Position numbers and translations under genes: made by a program. The notes beneath the pieces were generated by a model, which saw nothing but the letters and a program-made list of their open reading frames with translations, searched no databases and was not told the origin of the DNA. A stretch of DNA of 64,000 nt from Clostridiales bacterium UBA7568 (GTDB lineage: Bacteria > Bacillota > Clostridia > Oscillospirales > CAG-272): positions 373,205 through 437,204 of the forward strand of contig DLLG01000004.1 of the NCBI GenBank assembly GCA_002479075.1, in the 5' to 3' direction. The first letter of the stretch is position 1. Every line of letters starts with the position of its first letter. Below are positions 56,058 through 64,000 of the stretch, in pieces.

Positions 56058-56903
56058 ATGGCTGATAACAGAAATATGTCGCTCCCCTGCGCGGGACGTG
56101 ACACGGTTTATATAGACACAAACAGAATCCTTGACAGCTGCAGAGACAAAGACTGCTTTGAAGACGTAGTTGTTTATCTTACGGACTGCGGCAGAGACGC
56201 GGTTGAGCGAGGAGGCAATGTCAGAACAAAGAGCGCGCACGTCATCGCCGCGGATATGAGCGTCGATCCGGTTCCGTTCAACAGAGGCTTTTATCAGGTC
56301 AATGTCAAAATGTATGTAAAGCTCGTTTGCGAGGTGTGTGTCGGGCTCGGACGCTCACAGGAAGCAGAGGGACTTGCAATAGCGGAAAAGAAGGTCATCC
56401 TCTACGGCAGCGAAGGCAACGTCAGCATTTTCAAGAGTGCGGCAGACAGCTCGGGCTTCTGCGGCGGCGGAAGCGAATGCAATGCAACGAGCAACCTCCC
56501 GACGGCTGTGCTTGAAGTTGTCGATCCGATAGTACTTAACACGAAGATCGTTGAGGCTTGCCGTTGCCAGAACTTCCGCAACTGCCTCTGCGACAGCGAC
56601 CTGCCAGAAGCGGTTCGCGCCGTTTTCGAGGGAAGGCTCTGCGCCGATCCCGCAGGAAAATACCTGCTTGTTTCGCTCGGTTTCTTCTCTGTCATAAGAA
56701 TCGAAAGACCCGCGCAGTATCTTATGAACGGCACGGAATACACGGTTCCCGAAAAAGAATGTCTCTCTCCCGAAACGGATGATCCGTGCAGTATGTTCAA
56801 GCATATGGCATTCCCCGTTGACGAGTTTTATCCGCCCGCTCTCTCCGATATAGACAGGGGCGAAAGACCCGATGGCGGCGGCTGCGGCTGCGGAAGAAGA
56901 TAA
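56058..56903 (+). CDS. Cys-rich hypothetical protein (281 aa)
   Basis: RBS GGAGGA. More than 20 Cys, including a C-terminal GGGCGCG. I recognise no family. Confidence 0.55.
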   Translation: MADNRNMSLPCAGRDTVYIDTNRILDSCRDKDCFEDVVVYLTDCGRDAVERGGNVRTKSAHVIAADMSVDPVPFNRGFYQVNVKMYVKLVCEVCVGLGRSQEAEGLAIAEKKVILYGSEGNVSIFKSAADSSGFCGGGSECNATSNLPTAVLEVVDPIVLNTKIVEACRCQNFRNCLCDSDLPEAVRAVFEGRLCADPAGKYLLVSLGFFSVIRIERPAQYLMNGTEYTVPEKECLSPETDDPCSMFKHMAFPVDEFYPPALSDIDRGERPDGGGCGCGRR

Positions 56904-56913
56904 ATCCCGTAAA

Positions 56914-56948
56914 TAAAAAAATCCCGCGCGAGCGGGATTTTTGTTTTG
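56914..56948. terminator. bidirectional terminator between convergent genes
   Basis: aaaaaaa-tcccgc-gcga-gcggga-tttttgtttt. Confidence 0.8.
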
Positions 56949-56950
56949 TA

Positions 56951-59038
56951 TCAAACAGAGAAGAGCAGTTTTGCGTAGTCCGGTATAGGCCAGTATTCGG
57001 AGGAGGTTATTGATTCTGCCTCGTCCGTAAGAGCGCGGAGCGAGGTCATATCCTTGCAGATCACTGCGCGGAAATACGCAGCTTTTTCTGCCTCTCCAGA
57101 GGGCTGCTTTGTTGCCATATCGGACGCCAGCTTTTCGCAGGAGGAGCAGATGCCCGCAAGCAGGGAGGAGAGCTTTTTGCAAAGCGAGGTTTCCGTCGTT
57201 ACGTCGATTACGCAGGAGCCGATGCTTGATTTGAGCTTGAGCGACTCTGCAATCTCCTTCGAAAACGCAATAACCGCAGGGATTATCTGCTTTCTTGTCA
57301 TTTCTATCATAGTCAGCGCTTCAATGCCGACTGTTTTGCAATAATTTTCAAGGATAATCTCGTGGCGCGAGCGGACTTCGGTTTCCGTCAGCACGCCGTA
57401 TTTTGTGAACAGCGAGATGTTTTCCGAAGCGACGAGCCTTTCAACGGCTTCGGGCGTTGAGGGAAGGTTGTAAAGTCCGCGCGCCTCCGCCTCCTTGACC
57501 CATTCCGCAGAATAGTTGTTGCCGTTGAAGATGATGCGCTTATGCTCCTTTATAGTGTCTCTTATGAGAGAATGAAGCTCTGCGTCAAAGTCGGTTGCCG
57601 CTTCAAGCCTGCTTGCGAATTCATCGAGCGTTTCGGCAACGATCGTGTTTATAACGGTGTTCGTATCGGCTATCGACTGGCTTGACCCCGGCGAGCGGAA
57701 TTCGAATTTATTCCCCGTAAAAGCGAAGGGGGAGGTACGGTTCCTGTCCGTTGTGTCGCGGGGGAATTTCGGCAGAGTGTGAACGCCTATGCGCATAAGA
57801 GTGCGCTCTTTTTTGCTTGAGACGCTGTCATTTTCGATAGCGGAAAGCACCTCTTCAAGCTCTTCTCCGACGAACATCGAGATGATTGCGGGGGGGGCTT
57901 CGTCCGCGCCGAGACGATGGTCATTGCCCGCCGATGCGACGGAAATGCGGAGCAGATCCTGATGGCGATCGACCGCGGCGATTACGGCTGCGAGGAAAAG
58001 CAGAAACTGAGCGTTTTCGGCGGGAGTATCGCCCGGCTCGAGAAGGTTTGCGCCGGTGTCCGTCGCCATTGACCAGTTATTATGCTTGCCGGAACCGTTT
58101 ACACCGGCAAAGGGCTTTTCGTGCAGCAGGCACGCCAGTCCGTGACGCGCGGCAACATTTTTCATTATCTCCATCATAAGCTGGTTGTTATCGGTTGCCG
58201 TGTTTGAGGTTGTATAAAGAACGGCGACCTCGTGCTGCGAGGGAGCGACTTCGTTGTGCTCCGTCTTCGCGGGAATGCCGAGCTTCCAGAGCTCCTCATT
58301 CAGCTCGCTCATAAATGCCTTGACACGAGGTTTTATCGAGCCGTAGTAATGGTCATCGAGCTCCTGTCCCTTCGGAGGCTTTGCGCCGAAAAGTGTTCTT
58401 CCCGTAAAAACGAGATCCTCGCGACGATCAAAGAGCTTTTTATCTATGAGAAAATATTCCTGCTCCGCGCCGACCGTTGTCACAACCTTTTTGACGCCGT
58501 CGTTTCCGAAGAGCTTCATTATTCTCATCGCCTGACGGTTTATCAGCTCCATAGAGCGGAGAAGGGGAGTTTTCTTATCAAGAGCTTCGCCCCCGTAAGA
58601 GCAGAAGGCTGTCGGAATGCAGAGGGTTCCTTCCTTTATAAAGGCATAAGAGGTTGCGTCCCAGGCGGTATAGCCTCTCGCTTCAAAAGTTGCGCGCAGC
58701 CCGCCGGAGGGAAAAGAGGATGCGTCAGATTCGCCTTTTATGAGGGCTTTTCCGGAAAACTCGTCAATTACGCCGCCGTCGCGACCGAACGAAATGAAGC
58801 TGTCGTGCTTTTCCGCCGTTACGCCTGTCATCGGCTGGAACCAATGCGTGTAATGCGTTGCGCCGAGCGACTCCGCCCATTTTCTCATTCCTTCGGCAAC
58901 GTCGTCCGCAATTTCCGGAGCGAGACTTTTGCCGTCTGTTATGGTCTTTTTCAGGCGCAGATATACATTTTCGGGAAGATATTTTTTCATTGCGGCATCT
59001 CCGAAAACCATCGAACCGTAGTAATCAGTTATTTTCAT
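56951..59038 (-). CDS. glnN: glutamine synthetase, type III
   Basis: ORF trimmed to ATG 59038 after AAGAGGTG. About 695 aa. Begins MKITDYYGSMVFGD..; NGSGKHNNWS catalytic region. Consensus promoter on the minus strand: -35 at 59100-59095 and -10 at 59077-59072. Confidence 0.9.
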   Translation of the reverse strand: MKITDYYGSMVFGDAAMKKYLPENVYLRLKKTITDGKSLAPEIADDVAEGMRKWAESLGATHYTHWFQPMTGVTAEKHDSFISFGRDGGVIDEFSGKALIKGESDASSFPSGGLRATFEARGYTAWDATSYAFIKEGTLCIPTAFCSYGGEALDKKTPLLRSMELINRQAMRIMKLFGNDGVKKVVTTVGAEQEYFLIDKKLFDRREDLVFTGRTLFGAKPPKGQELDDHYYGSIKPRVKAFMSELNEELWKLGIPAKTEHNEVAPSQHEVAVLYTTSNTATDNNQLMMEIMKNVAARHGLACLLHEKPFAGVNGSGKHNNWSMATDTGANLLEPGDTPAENAQFLLFLAAVIAAVDRHQDLLRISVASAGNDHRLGADEAPPAIISMFVGEELEEVLSAIENDSVSSKKERTLMRIGVHTLPKFPRDTTDRNRTSPFAFTGNKFEFRSPGSSQSIADTNTVINTIVAETLDEFASRLEAATDFDAELHSLIRDTIKEHKRIIFNGNNYSAEWVKEAEARGLYNLPSTPEAVERLVASENISLFTKYGVLTETEVRSRHEIILENYCKTVGIEALTMIEMTRKQIIPAVIAFSKEIAESLKLKSSIGSCVIDVTTETSLCKKLSSLLAGICSSCEKLASDMATKQPSGEAEKAAYFRAVICKDMTSLRALTDEAESITSSEYWPIPDYAKLLFSV

Positions 59039-59157
59039 AAAGCACCTCTTTTTTAAAAAAATAATGGAACGATTATATATCAAACTTTTTCATTTGTCAA
59101 GAAAAAATTTCAAATAAAAAAACAAAAACCGAAATTTTTGTCTTTTTAAGTCCTTTT

Positions 59158-60006
59158 TCATTTAATTTCTGCGATGTAACCCGTCGCGGATGACAGCGCA
59201 AAGAAAGCAATCCCAATCTCACATATTTCAAGCACGTTTATGACCGTCAGCGAGGGCTCCCAGAAGGCATAGAGGATAAGCGTCGGCACAACGTATACTA
59301 TGATGAGCATAACCGTCAGCAGCGAGAAAAAGAAATAAAGAATGTTCATCGGTCTTTTTATCGCAAGTCTTGCCTCTAAAAGCATAAGAATCATACAGGC
59401 GACGGCTGCCATATTTGCGAGAACCCTGTTGTAATCCGAATAGATATAATCCGGATCAAAATATGATACGCAGACGAAAAATATTCCCCAGAGCGGCAAG
59501 AGCAAAGCCATATTGTTCTTTGAACGTCTCTTATTTAACGCAACCGATGCGGAAAAGAGAAAATACACTCCCGCAAACAGCATAAGTACTACACAGAGCA
59601 ACATTGCGGCTCCGTAAAGAGGGGATGCCGTCTTATCTGATTTTATGACGCGGTAAAAGAGAGAAAAAACGTCTCTCTTATAATACATAACAGCAATTAT
59701 GGGGGCAATTATGAACGACGCTCCGCAAAGGGCGCAACAGAAAACAGAGAAAAGGTTTCCCGTTGTCTCTCCGCGCTTTTCAGGACCCTTTTCGCGAAGG
59801 AAAAATGACGCGACAAGTACTGCGATCACAGAGGCGAAAAGCACCCATCCGAAAATATTTATATCCTTTTTTGCCGCAAGATCGTATTCGAGCGAGTAAG
59901 GATTGAAATATTTTTTCATAAATATCACTCTGTATATCATAAGCGACAGGGACGCCAAAACGGCGAACGCCGATATACCGATTGCAAGACGCTTTTCTTT
60001 AATCAA
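59158..60006 (-). CDS. polytopic membrane protein, unknown function
   Basis: 282 aa with about 8 hydrophobic segments and no recognisable motif. Confidence 0.5.
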   Translation of the reverse strand: MIKEKRLAIGISAFAVLASLSLMIYRVIFMKKYFNPYSLEYDLAAKKDINIFGWVLFASVIAVLVASFFLREKGPEKRGETTGNLFSVFCCALCGASFIIAPIIAVMYYKRDVFSLFYRVIKSDKTASPLYGAAMLLCVVLMLFAGVYFLFSASVALNKRRSKNNMALLLPLWGIFFVCVSYFDPDYIYSDYNRVLANMAAVACMILMLLEARLAIKRPMNILYFFFSLLTVMLIIVYVVPTLILYAFWEPSLTVINVLEICEIGIAFFALSSATGYIAEIK

Positions 60007-60081
60007 AACGTGCCTCCACAGAAAGAATATGAGATAATTATAACTTATGAATGTTAATAAACTGTAATCAAAAAATAAATT

Positions 60082-60705
60082 TTATTTATCGTTTTCCTTA
60101 TCTGTCGGCTCGGTTTTTATTTCGATAAATTCGCCCTCGATCGTCTTTTTGCCAAAGGATTTTTTCAGCGAACGGAACTTGCCGGAAACAACAGCCGTTG
60201 CGCAGAGATTTTCGATTGCCTCGATAATCAGCGAAACGCCGATTATTCTGACGACGAGATCCGCTGCCGCTCCGGCGTTGAAAACAATCAGAAATCCGAA
60301 AACCAACCCGATGACGGAGAGCACAAAAACTCCGAGCCAGCCGTATTCCGTCGCTTTCTTTATTTCAAACGAGGTGACCAGCTTCGAAGCGCTGTCCGCA
60401 ATCATCGCAATGCCGATTATGACGGGGAAAATGCTCTTTACAAAGCTCGGATTTGCGATAAGGATTATTCCGCAGACAAGGCTGAATATTCCGAAAACGA
60501 GTCCCGCTGCCGGCATAAGAGACGCAGCGCCGCGGAAAAAGGATTTGATTATGATGCAGGCTCCGCAGATGATCGCCGTCGCGCCGATTATATAGCAGAC
60601 TACATCTATCGTCTGCGAAGGGTAGATAAGAAGAATTACTCCGAGGATTATATAAATAACGGAAAGGAGAATATATCCCCATTTTGCTTTTTTGATAAAT
60701 TCCAT
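60082..60705 (-). CDS. DUF308 / HdeD-family membrane protein
   Basis: Repeated TM hairpins with the W.YILLSVIYIILGVILLIYP pattern. Confidence 0.7.
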   Translation of the reverse strand: MEFIKKAKWGYILLSVIYIILGVILLIYPSQTIDVVCYIIGATAIICGACIIIKSFFRGAASLMPAAGLVFGIFSLVCGIILIANPSFVKSIFPVIIGIAMIADSASKLVTSFEIKKATEYGWLGVFVLSVIGLVFGFLIVFNAGAAADLVVRIIGVSLIIEAIENLCATAVVSGKFRSLKKSFGKKTIEGEFIEIKTEPTDKENDK

Positions 60706-60950
60706 AACAGCCTCCGTGAAATTTTTTTAATATTATATCACCTGTGTCGGCACTTGTCAAATAAAATCGGATATGTTATAATTCAAGCGGGAATTGAATC
60801 TTGAAAAAACGACGTTTTCAAGCGCTGCTTGCTGTTGTTTTTCTGTGTTTTGGCGTAAAATGGGCGTAGACCGAAAGGAAAAAACAAAAGCAGGAGGAAA
60901 ACAAAATGTTGTTTTCAAAACGGAAAGAAACCAAAACGGAGGACGAAAAA

Positions 60951-61901
60951 ATGTTTGATATGAGAAAGATAGGGAAGCGCATAGCGGAGCTGAGAAAATC
61001 AAAGAACATAACTCAGATGGCGCTTGCCGATATGATGGGAATCAGCTTTCAGGCAGTATCAAACTGGGAACGCGGCGAGAGTATGCCCGATATTTCGAAG
61101 CTTGGGGAGCTTTCGGAGATATTCGGGGTGTCAATTGACGACATCCTCTGCAACAAACGCGCGGCGGAAATTGTTGAAGAAATATCGGCGGGAGAGAAGC
61201 CTTCCGATATAACGCCCGAGGAGCTTACGGAAACAGTCCCGCTTATGGCGCCCAAGCAGGCAGAGGAGAGTATTAAGGAAAATAAGAATAAAATGACGAT
61301 TTCTCAGCTTGCCGCACTTGCACCTTATATGAATGGAGACGACCTGGGCGAAATCGCCGTTGGGCTGGCGAAAAACGGTGGCTCGCTTGAAGATGTTGCC
61401 GCACTTGCGCCTTATATGGATGAAGACGATGTGGGCAAGGTTGTCAAAGAGCTGACGAAGAATGGCGGTTCGCTTGAAGATGTTGCCTCGCTTGTGTATT
61501 TTATGAATGAAGACGATGTGGGTGAAGTCGTCAGAGAACTGGCGAAAAACGGCGGCTCGCTTAAAGACGTTGCCGCACTTGCTCCTTATATGAATGAATC
61601 CGATCTTGGTGAAGCCGCCGGGGAGCTGGCGAAAAGCGGCGGCTCGCTTGAAGACGTTGCCGCACTTGCGCCTTATATGAATGAAGATGATATCGGTGAG
61701 ATTGCAAAAGAAAAGCTGAAGAACGGCGGAACACTTGAGGATATAGTGGCGCTTGCACCGTTTATGGATGATGACGATATAAAAGAGCTCGCAAAAGAAA
61801 AGCTGAAAAGCAGCGGCAAGATTGAGGATATCGCAGCATTTGCTCCTTTTATGGATGAGGACGACATCGGCGAGATTATAAAACATATGATTTCAAAATG
61901 A
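60951..61901 (+). CDS. XRE-family HTH protein with seven C-terminal 29-aa repeats
   Basis: ATG 60951 follows GGAGGA. HTH IAELRKSKNITQMALADMMGISFQAVSNWERGESMPD. Repeats have the form LEDVAALAPYMNEDD(I/V)GE....L.KNGGS. Confidence 0.8.
   Translation: MFDMRKIGKRIAELRKSKNITQMALADMMGISFQAVSNWERGESMPDISKLGELSEIFGVSIDDILCNKRAAEIVEEISAGEKPSDITPEELTETVPLMAPKQAEESIKENKNKMTISQLAALAPYMNGDDLGEIAVGLAKNGGSLEDVAALAPYMDEDDVGKVVKELTKNGGSLEDVASLVYFMNEDDVGEVVRELAKNGGSLKDVAALAPYMNESDLGEAAGELAKSGGSLEDVAALAPYMNEDDIGEIAKEKLKNGGTLEDIVALAPFMDDDDIKELAKEKLKSSGKIEDIAAFAPFMDEDDIGEIIKHMISK
61299..61898 (+). repeat. 7 tandem units of 87 bp (coding)
   Basis: Unit boundaries at 61386, 61473, 61560, 61647, 61734 and 61821, each beginning cttgaag/cttaaag/attgagg. 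Confidence 0.9.
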
Positions 61902-61983
61902 CGAAATAAACGAATAAAAACAGCGGAATTTTGCGGAAAAAGCTAAATTTTTCTGAAAAAACCGCCGTTTTGCTTAAAAAGTA

Positions 61984-62012
61984 TTGACAAAATGTTTTTT
62001 ACCGCATATAAT
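61984..62012 (+). promoter_or_regulatory. consensus promoter of the glutamate dehydrogenase gene
   Basis: TTGACA 61984-61989, 17-nt spacer, TATAAT 62007-62012. Confidence 0.7.
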
Positions 62013-62045
62013 AAAGCATTATTATTTGTTTCCGAGGTGAAAACT

Positions 62046-63308
62046 ATGTCAAAATACGATCCTTATCAGAATATGCTGAAGGTGCTTGACAGCGCAGCAG
62101 GCAAAATGGAAATAACGGCAGACGACTATGCATTTCTGCGTTATCCCGAAAGAACAATAACTGTACACGTTCCGGTCAAAATGGATGACGGTCATACGAA
62201 AGTTTTTGAGGGCTACCGTGTTCAGTATTCAAGCGTGAGAGGACCGTATAAAGGCGGTATCCGTTATCACAGAGATACCGACCTCGGAGAGGTTACTGCG
62301 CTTGCAGCCTGGATGAGCCTTAAGTGTGCCGTCGCGGGAATTCCTTATGGCGGCGGTAAGGGAGGGATAACGGTCGATCCGAGGGCTCTTTCTGTCGGCG
62401 AGCTCGAACGTCTCACAAGGGGTTATACAAAGGCGATCGCTCCGGTTATCGGACCCGATATGGATATACCCGCGCCGGACGTCAACACAAATTCGCAGAC
62501 GATGGCCTGGATACTTGATACATTCAATCTTCTCAGCGGCGGAAAGTCGCTTCCCGGCGTTGTAACAGGTAAACCAACGGAGCTCGGCGGCTCGCTCGGA
62601 AGAAATGAATCGACGGGGCGCGGCGTGCTTTTCGTTATGCGTGAGACGCTTAAAAAGTTCGGCAAAAGTCTTGCGGGCACAAAGGTTGCCGTTCAGGGAG
62701 CGGGAAATGTCGGCGGAATTGCCGCACAACTGCTTTATGAAGCGGGTTGCACGATAGTCGCAATCTCCGATTCCACAGGGTCTATATACGCCGAAAAGGG
62801 AATCGATATGAATAAATTTACGGCATACAAAGGAGCATCTGCAAAGAATAAAGTGGCAAATTATGAGGAAGAGGGAATAGTTCATCTGCCTTGCGAAGGC
62901 GTGCTGAAGGTCCCTGCCGATGTACTTGTTCCAGCCGCGCTTGAAAATTCAATAACGGAAGAAATCGCAAAGGACGTTAAGGCAAAGATAATCGTCGAAG
63001 GCGCAAACGGTCCGACAACAGCCGAAGCTGACGCCGTTCTTGAAGAAAAGGGAATAACGGTCGTCCCGGACATTCTTGCAAACTCCGGCGGTGTTATAGT
63101 CTCGTATTTTGAATGGGTGCAGAATTTGCAGAATTATTACTGGAGCGAAGAAGAGGTTAATTCACGCCTTGAAACAACTATCGTCTCCGCTTTTGAGACG
63201 GTCTGGAAGTGCGCTGAAAAATATAAAACATCGCTCCGCCTCGGCGCATATATCACCGCCGTTGACCGCATTGTCACAACGAAAAAACTCAAGGGCTCCG
63301 CAATTTAA
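62046..63308 (+). CDS. gdhA: NAD(P)-specific glutamate dehydrogenase (Glu/Leu/Phe/Val dehydrogenase family)
   Basis: ATG 62046 follows GAGGTG. Motifs PYKGGIRYH, GGGKGG and GAGNVGG. Confidence 0.9.
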   Translation: MSKYDPYQNMLKVLDSAAGKMEITADDYAFLRYPERTITVHVPVKMDDGHTKVFEGYRVQYSSVRGPYKGGIRYHRDTDLGEVTALAAWMSLKCAVAGIPYGGGKGGITVDPRALSVGELERLTRGYTKAIAPVIGPDMDIPAPDVNTNSQTMAWILDTFNLLSGGKSLPGVVTGKPTELGGSLGRNESTGRGVLFVMRETLKKFGKSLAGTKVAVQGAGNVGGIAAQLLYEAGCTIVAISDSTGSIYAEKGIDMNKFTAYKGASAKNKVANYEEEGIVHLPCEGVLKVPADVLVPAALENSITEEIAKDVKAKIIVEGANGPTTAEADAVLEEKGITVVPDILANSGGVIVSYFEWVQNLQNYYWSEEEVNSRLETTIVSAFETVWKCAEKYKTSLRLGAYITAVDRIVTTKKLKGSAI

Positions 63309-63311
63309 TCA

Positions 63312-63340
63312 TTGACAAACAGAACTGCTTCCGCTATAAT
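63312..63340 (+). promoter_or_regulatory. consensus promoter of tRNA-Pro, with its -10 in the loop of a 10-bp inverted repeat
   Basis: TTGACA 63312-63317, 17-nt spacer, TATAAT 63335-63340. ctgcttccgc / gcggaagcag flank the -10. Confidence 0.6.
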
Positions 63341-63372
63341 ATTATGGCGGAAGCAGTTTCGCTTCTGATATT

Positions 63373-63447
63373 CGGGATGTAGGGTAACGGTTACCCGCTT
63401 GCTTTGGGAGCAAGTTCAAGCAGGTTCGACTCCTGTCATCCCGACCA
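63373..63447 (+). tRNA. tRNA-Pro (anticodon UGG), CCA encoded
   Basis: Acceptor cgggatg / catcccg, anticodon loop ttTGGga, T loop ttcgact. The D stem gggt/accc is somewhat atypical. Confidence 0.8.
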
Positions 63448-63452
63448 AAAAT

Positions 63453-63495
63453 CAGCCGAAAATGAGGTTTTTTGCCCCACTTTCGGCTGGTTTTC
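63453..63495 (+). terminator. terminator after tRNA-Pro
   Basis: Stem cagccgaaa / tttcggctg followed by gtttt. Confidence 0.5.
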
Positions 63496-63768
63496 TGCTT
63501 ATAATTGATATTTTGCCGCCACTTTGGCAAATTTGCCTGACGGCAGAAAAACGGCTTGTGTCGCATTTACAGCACAAGCCGCTTTATTTTTTCGAAAAAC
63601 CTTTTCTTTGCCTACTGCACCACAAATTTTAATGGCTGACCGCCACGAATTATATAAACAGAGTAATACCGTAAGTCACGGTACAGTATATTGTTTTTCT
63701 TTGAAATTTTGCTATAATAATATCAGAAACAGGCGCCGGTTTCAATACAACTCAAACGGAGGAACATA

Positions 63769-64000
63769 ATGAATAGTTTTGGACAACGACTGAAAGCACT
63801 TCGTAAAGAAGCCGGAGTATCGCAATCCTTTGTTGCCGACCACATCGGCGTATCTACGCAGTCCGTATCTAATTGGGAATGTGATAATACCATGCCCGAT
63901 ATTTCGCAAATCGTTCCGTTAGCGGCTCTTTTGTCTGTATCCACAGACTACTTGCTCGGAGTCGGAACAAATGAATATGCGGACAAGGGAGAGCTCGAAA
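63769..64000 (+). CDS. XRE-family HTH transcriptional regulator, 3' end runs off the window
   Basis: Absent from the ORF track because there is no stop. ATG 63769 follows GGAGGAA. Reads MNSFGQRLKALRKEAGVSQSFVADHIGVSTQSVSNWECDNTMPD... Confidence 0.75.
   Translation, partial: MNSFGQRLKALRKEAGVSQSFVADHIGVSTQSVSNWECDNTMPDISQIVPLAALLSVSTDYLLGVGTNEYADKGELE

Noticed and set aside
61299-61898. The regular 87-bp repeats, considered as a CRISPR-like array.
   Set aside because: The units are contiguous with no spacers. They lie in frame inside a well-supported CDS and encode a 29-aa protein repeat.

Overview
The gene content of this 64-kb chromosomal segment points to a Clostridia-type Firmicute: rnfCDGEAB, an IspH-S1 fusion, type III glutamine synthetase, a T-box leader and SD-led genes. 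G+C is roughly 50% by eye. No rRNA, CRISPR array, intact transposase or integrase is visible.

Layout:
- 1-9.1 kb: a liv-type ABC importer, a GH2 hydrolase, a Trp-specific T-box leader controlling a three-gene ABC importer, and two paralogous lipoprotein genes.
- 9.16-9.33 kb: tRNA-Leu(UAA) and an initiator-type tRNA-Met.
- 9.3-35.3 kb: a patchwork accessory region of regulator-paired efflux and detoxification cassettes. These are MarR with a heterodimeric ABC exporter, MerR with a hydrolase, TetR with TraX, a C39-like peptidase and hydrolases, CPBP, NUDIX, DUF5131, a methyltransferase, GNATs, MBL, MATE, and TetR with a MacB-like ABC.
- 35.3-64 kb: mostly core genes. These are Gx/NusG_II, rnfCDGEAB, GH3, tRNA-Ala, TetR with an E2-like acyltransferase and an AMP-ligase, ispH-S1/plsC/cmk/flavoprotein/ABC-F, GS type III, GDH, tRNA-Pro and a partial XRE gene.

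The most unusual signal is non-coding. Downstream of the initiator tRNA lie several sense, split and inverted fragments of that tRNA. Two families of ~140-bp repeats bracket the first two cassettes. Both families share a conserved internal-loop motif (TAGTGAATGA ... TCAGAG) whose flanking helices differ by compensatory changes. I could not match this to any RNA family or recombination site I know.

Other points of interest:
- a 187-bp promoter plus signal-peptide module shared by two otherwise unrelated AT-rich lipoprotein genes;
- an AT-rich NUDIX insertion that appears to decapitate a DUF5131 gene;
- a reused promoter block;
- candidate leader RNAs upstream of the MATE and YoaP-like GNAT genes;
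- an E2-like acyltransferase that lacks its catalytic His.
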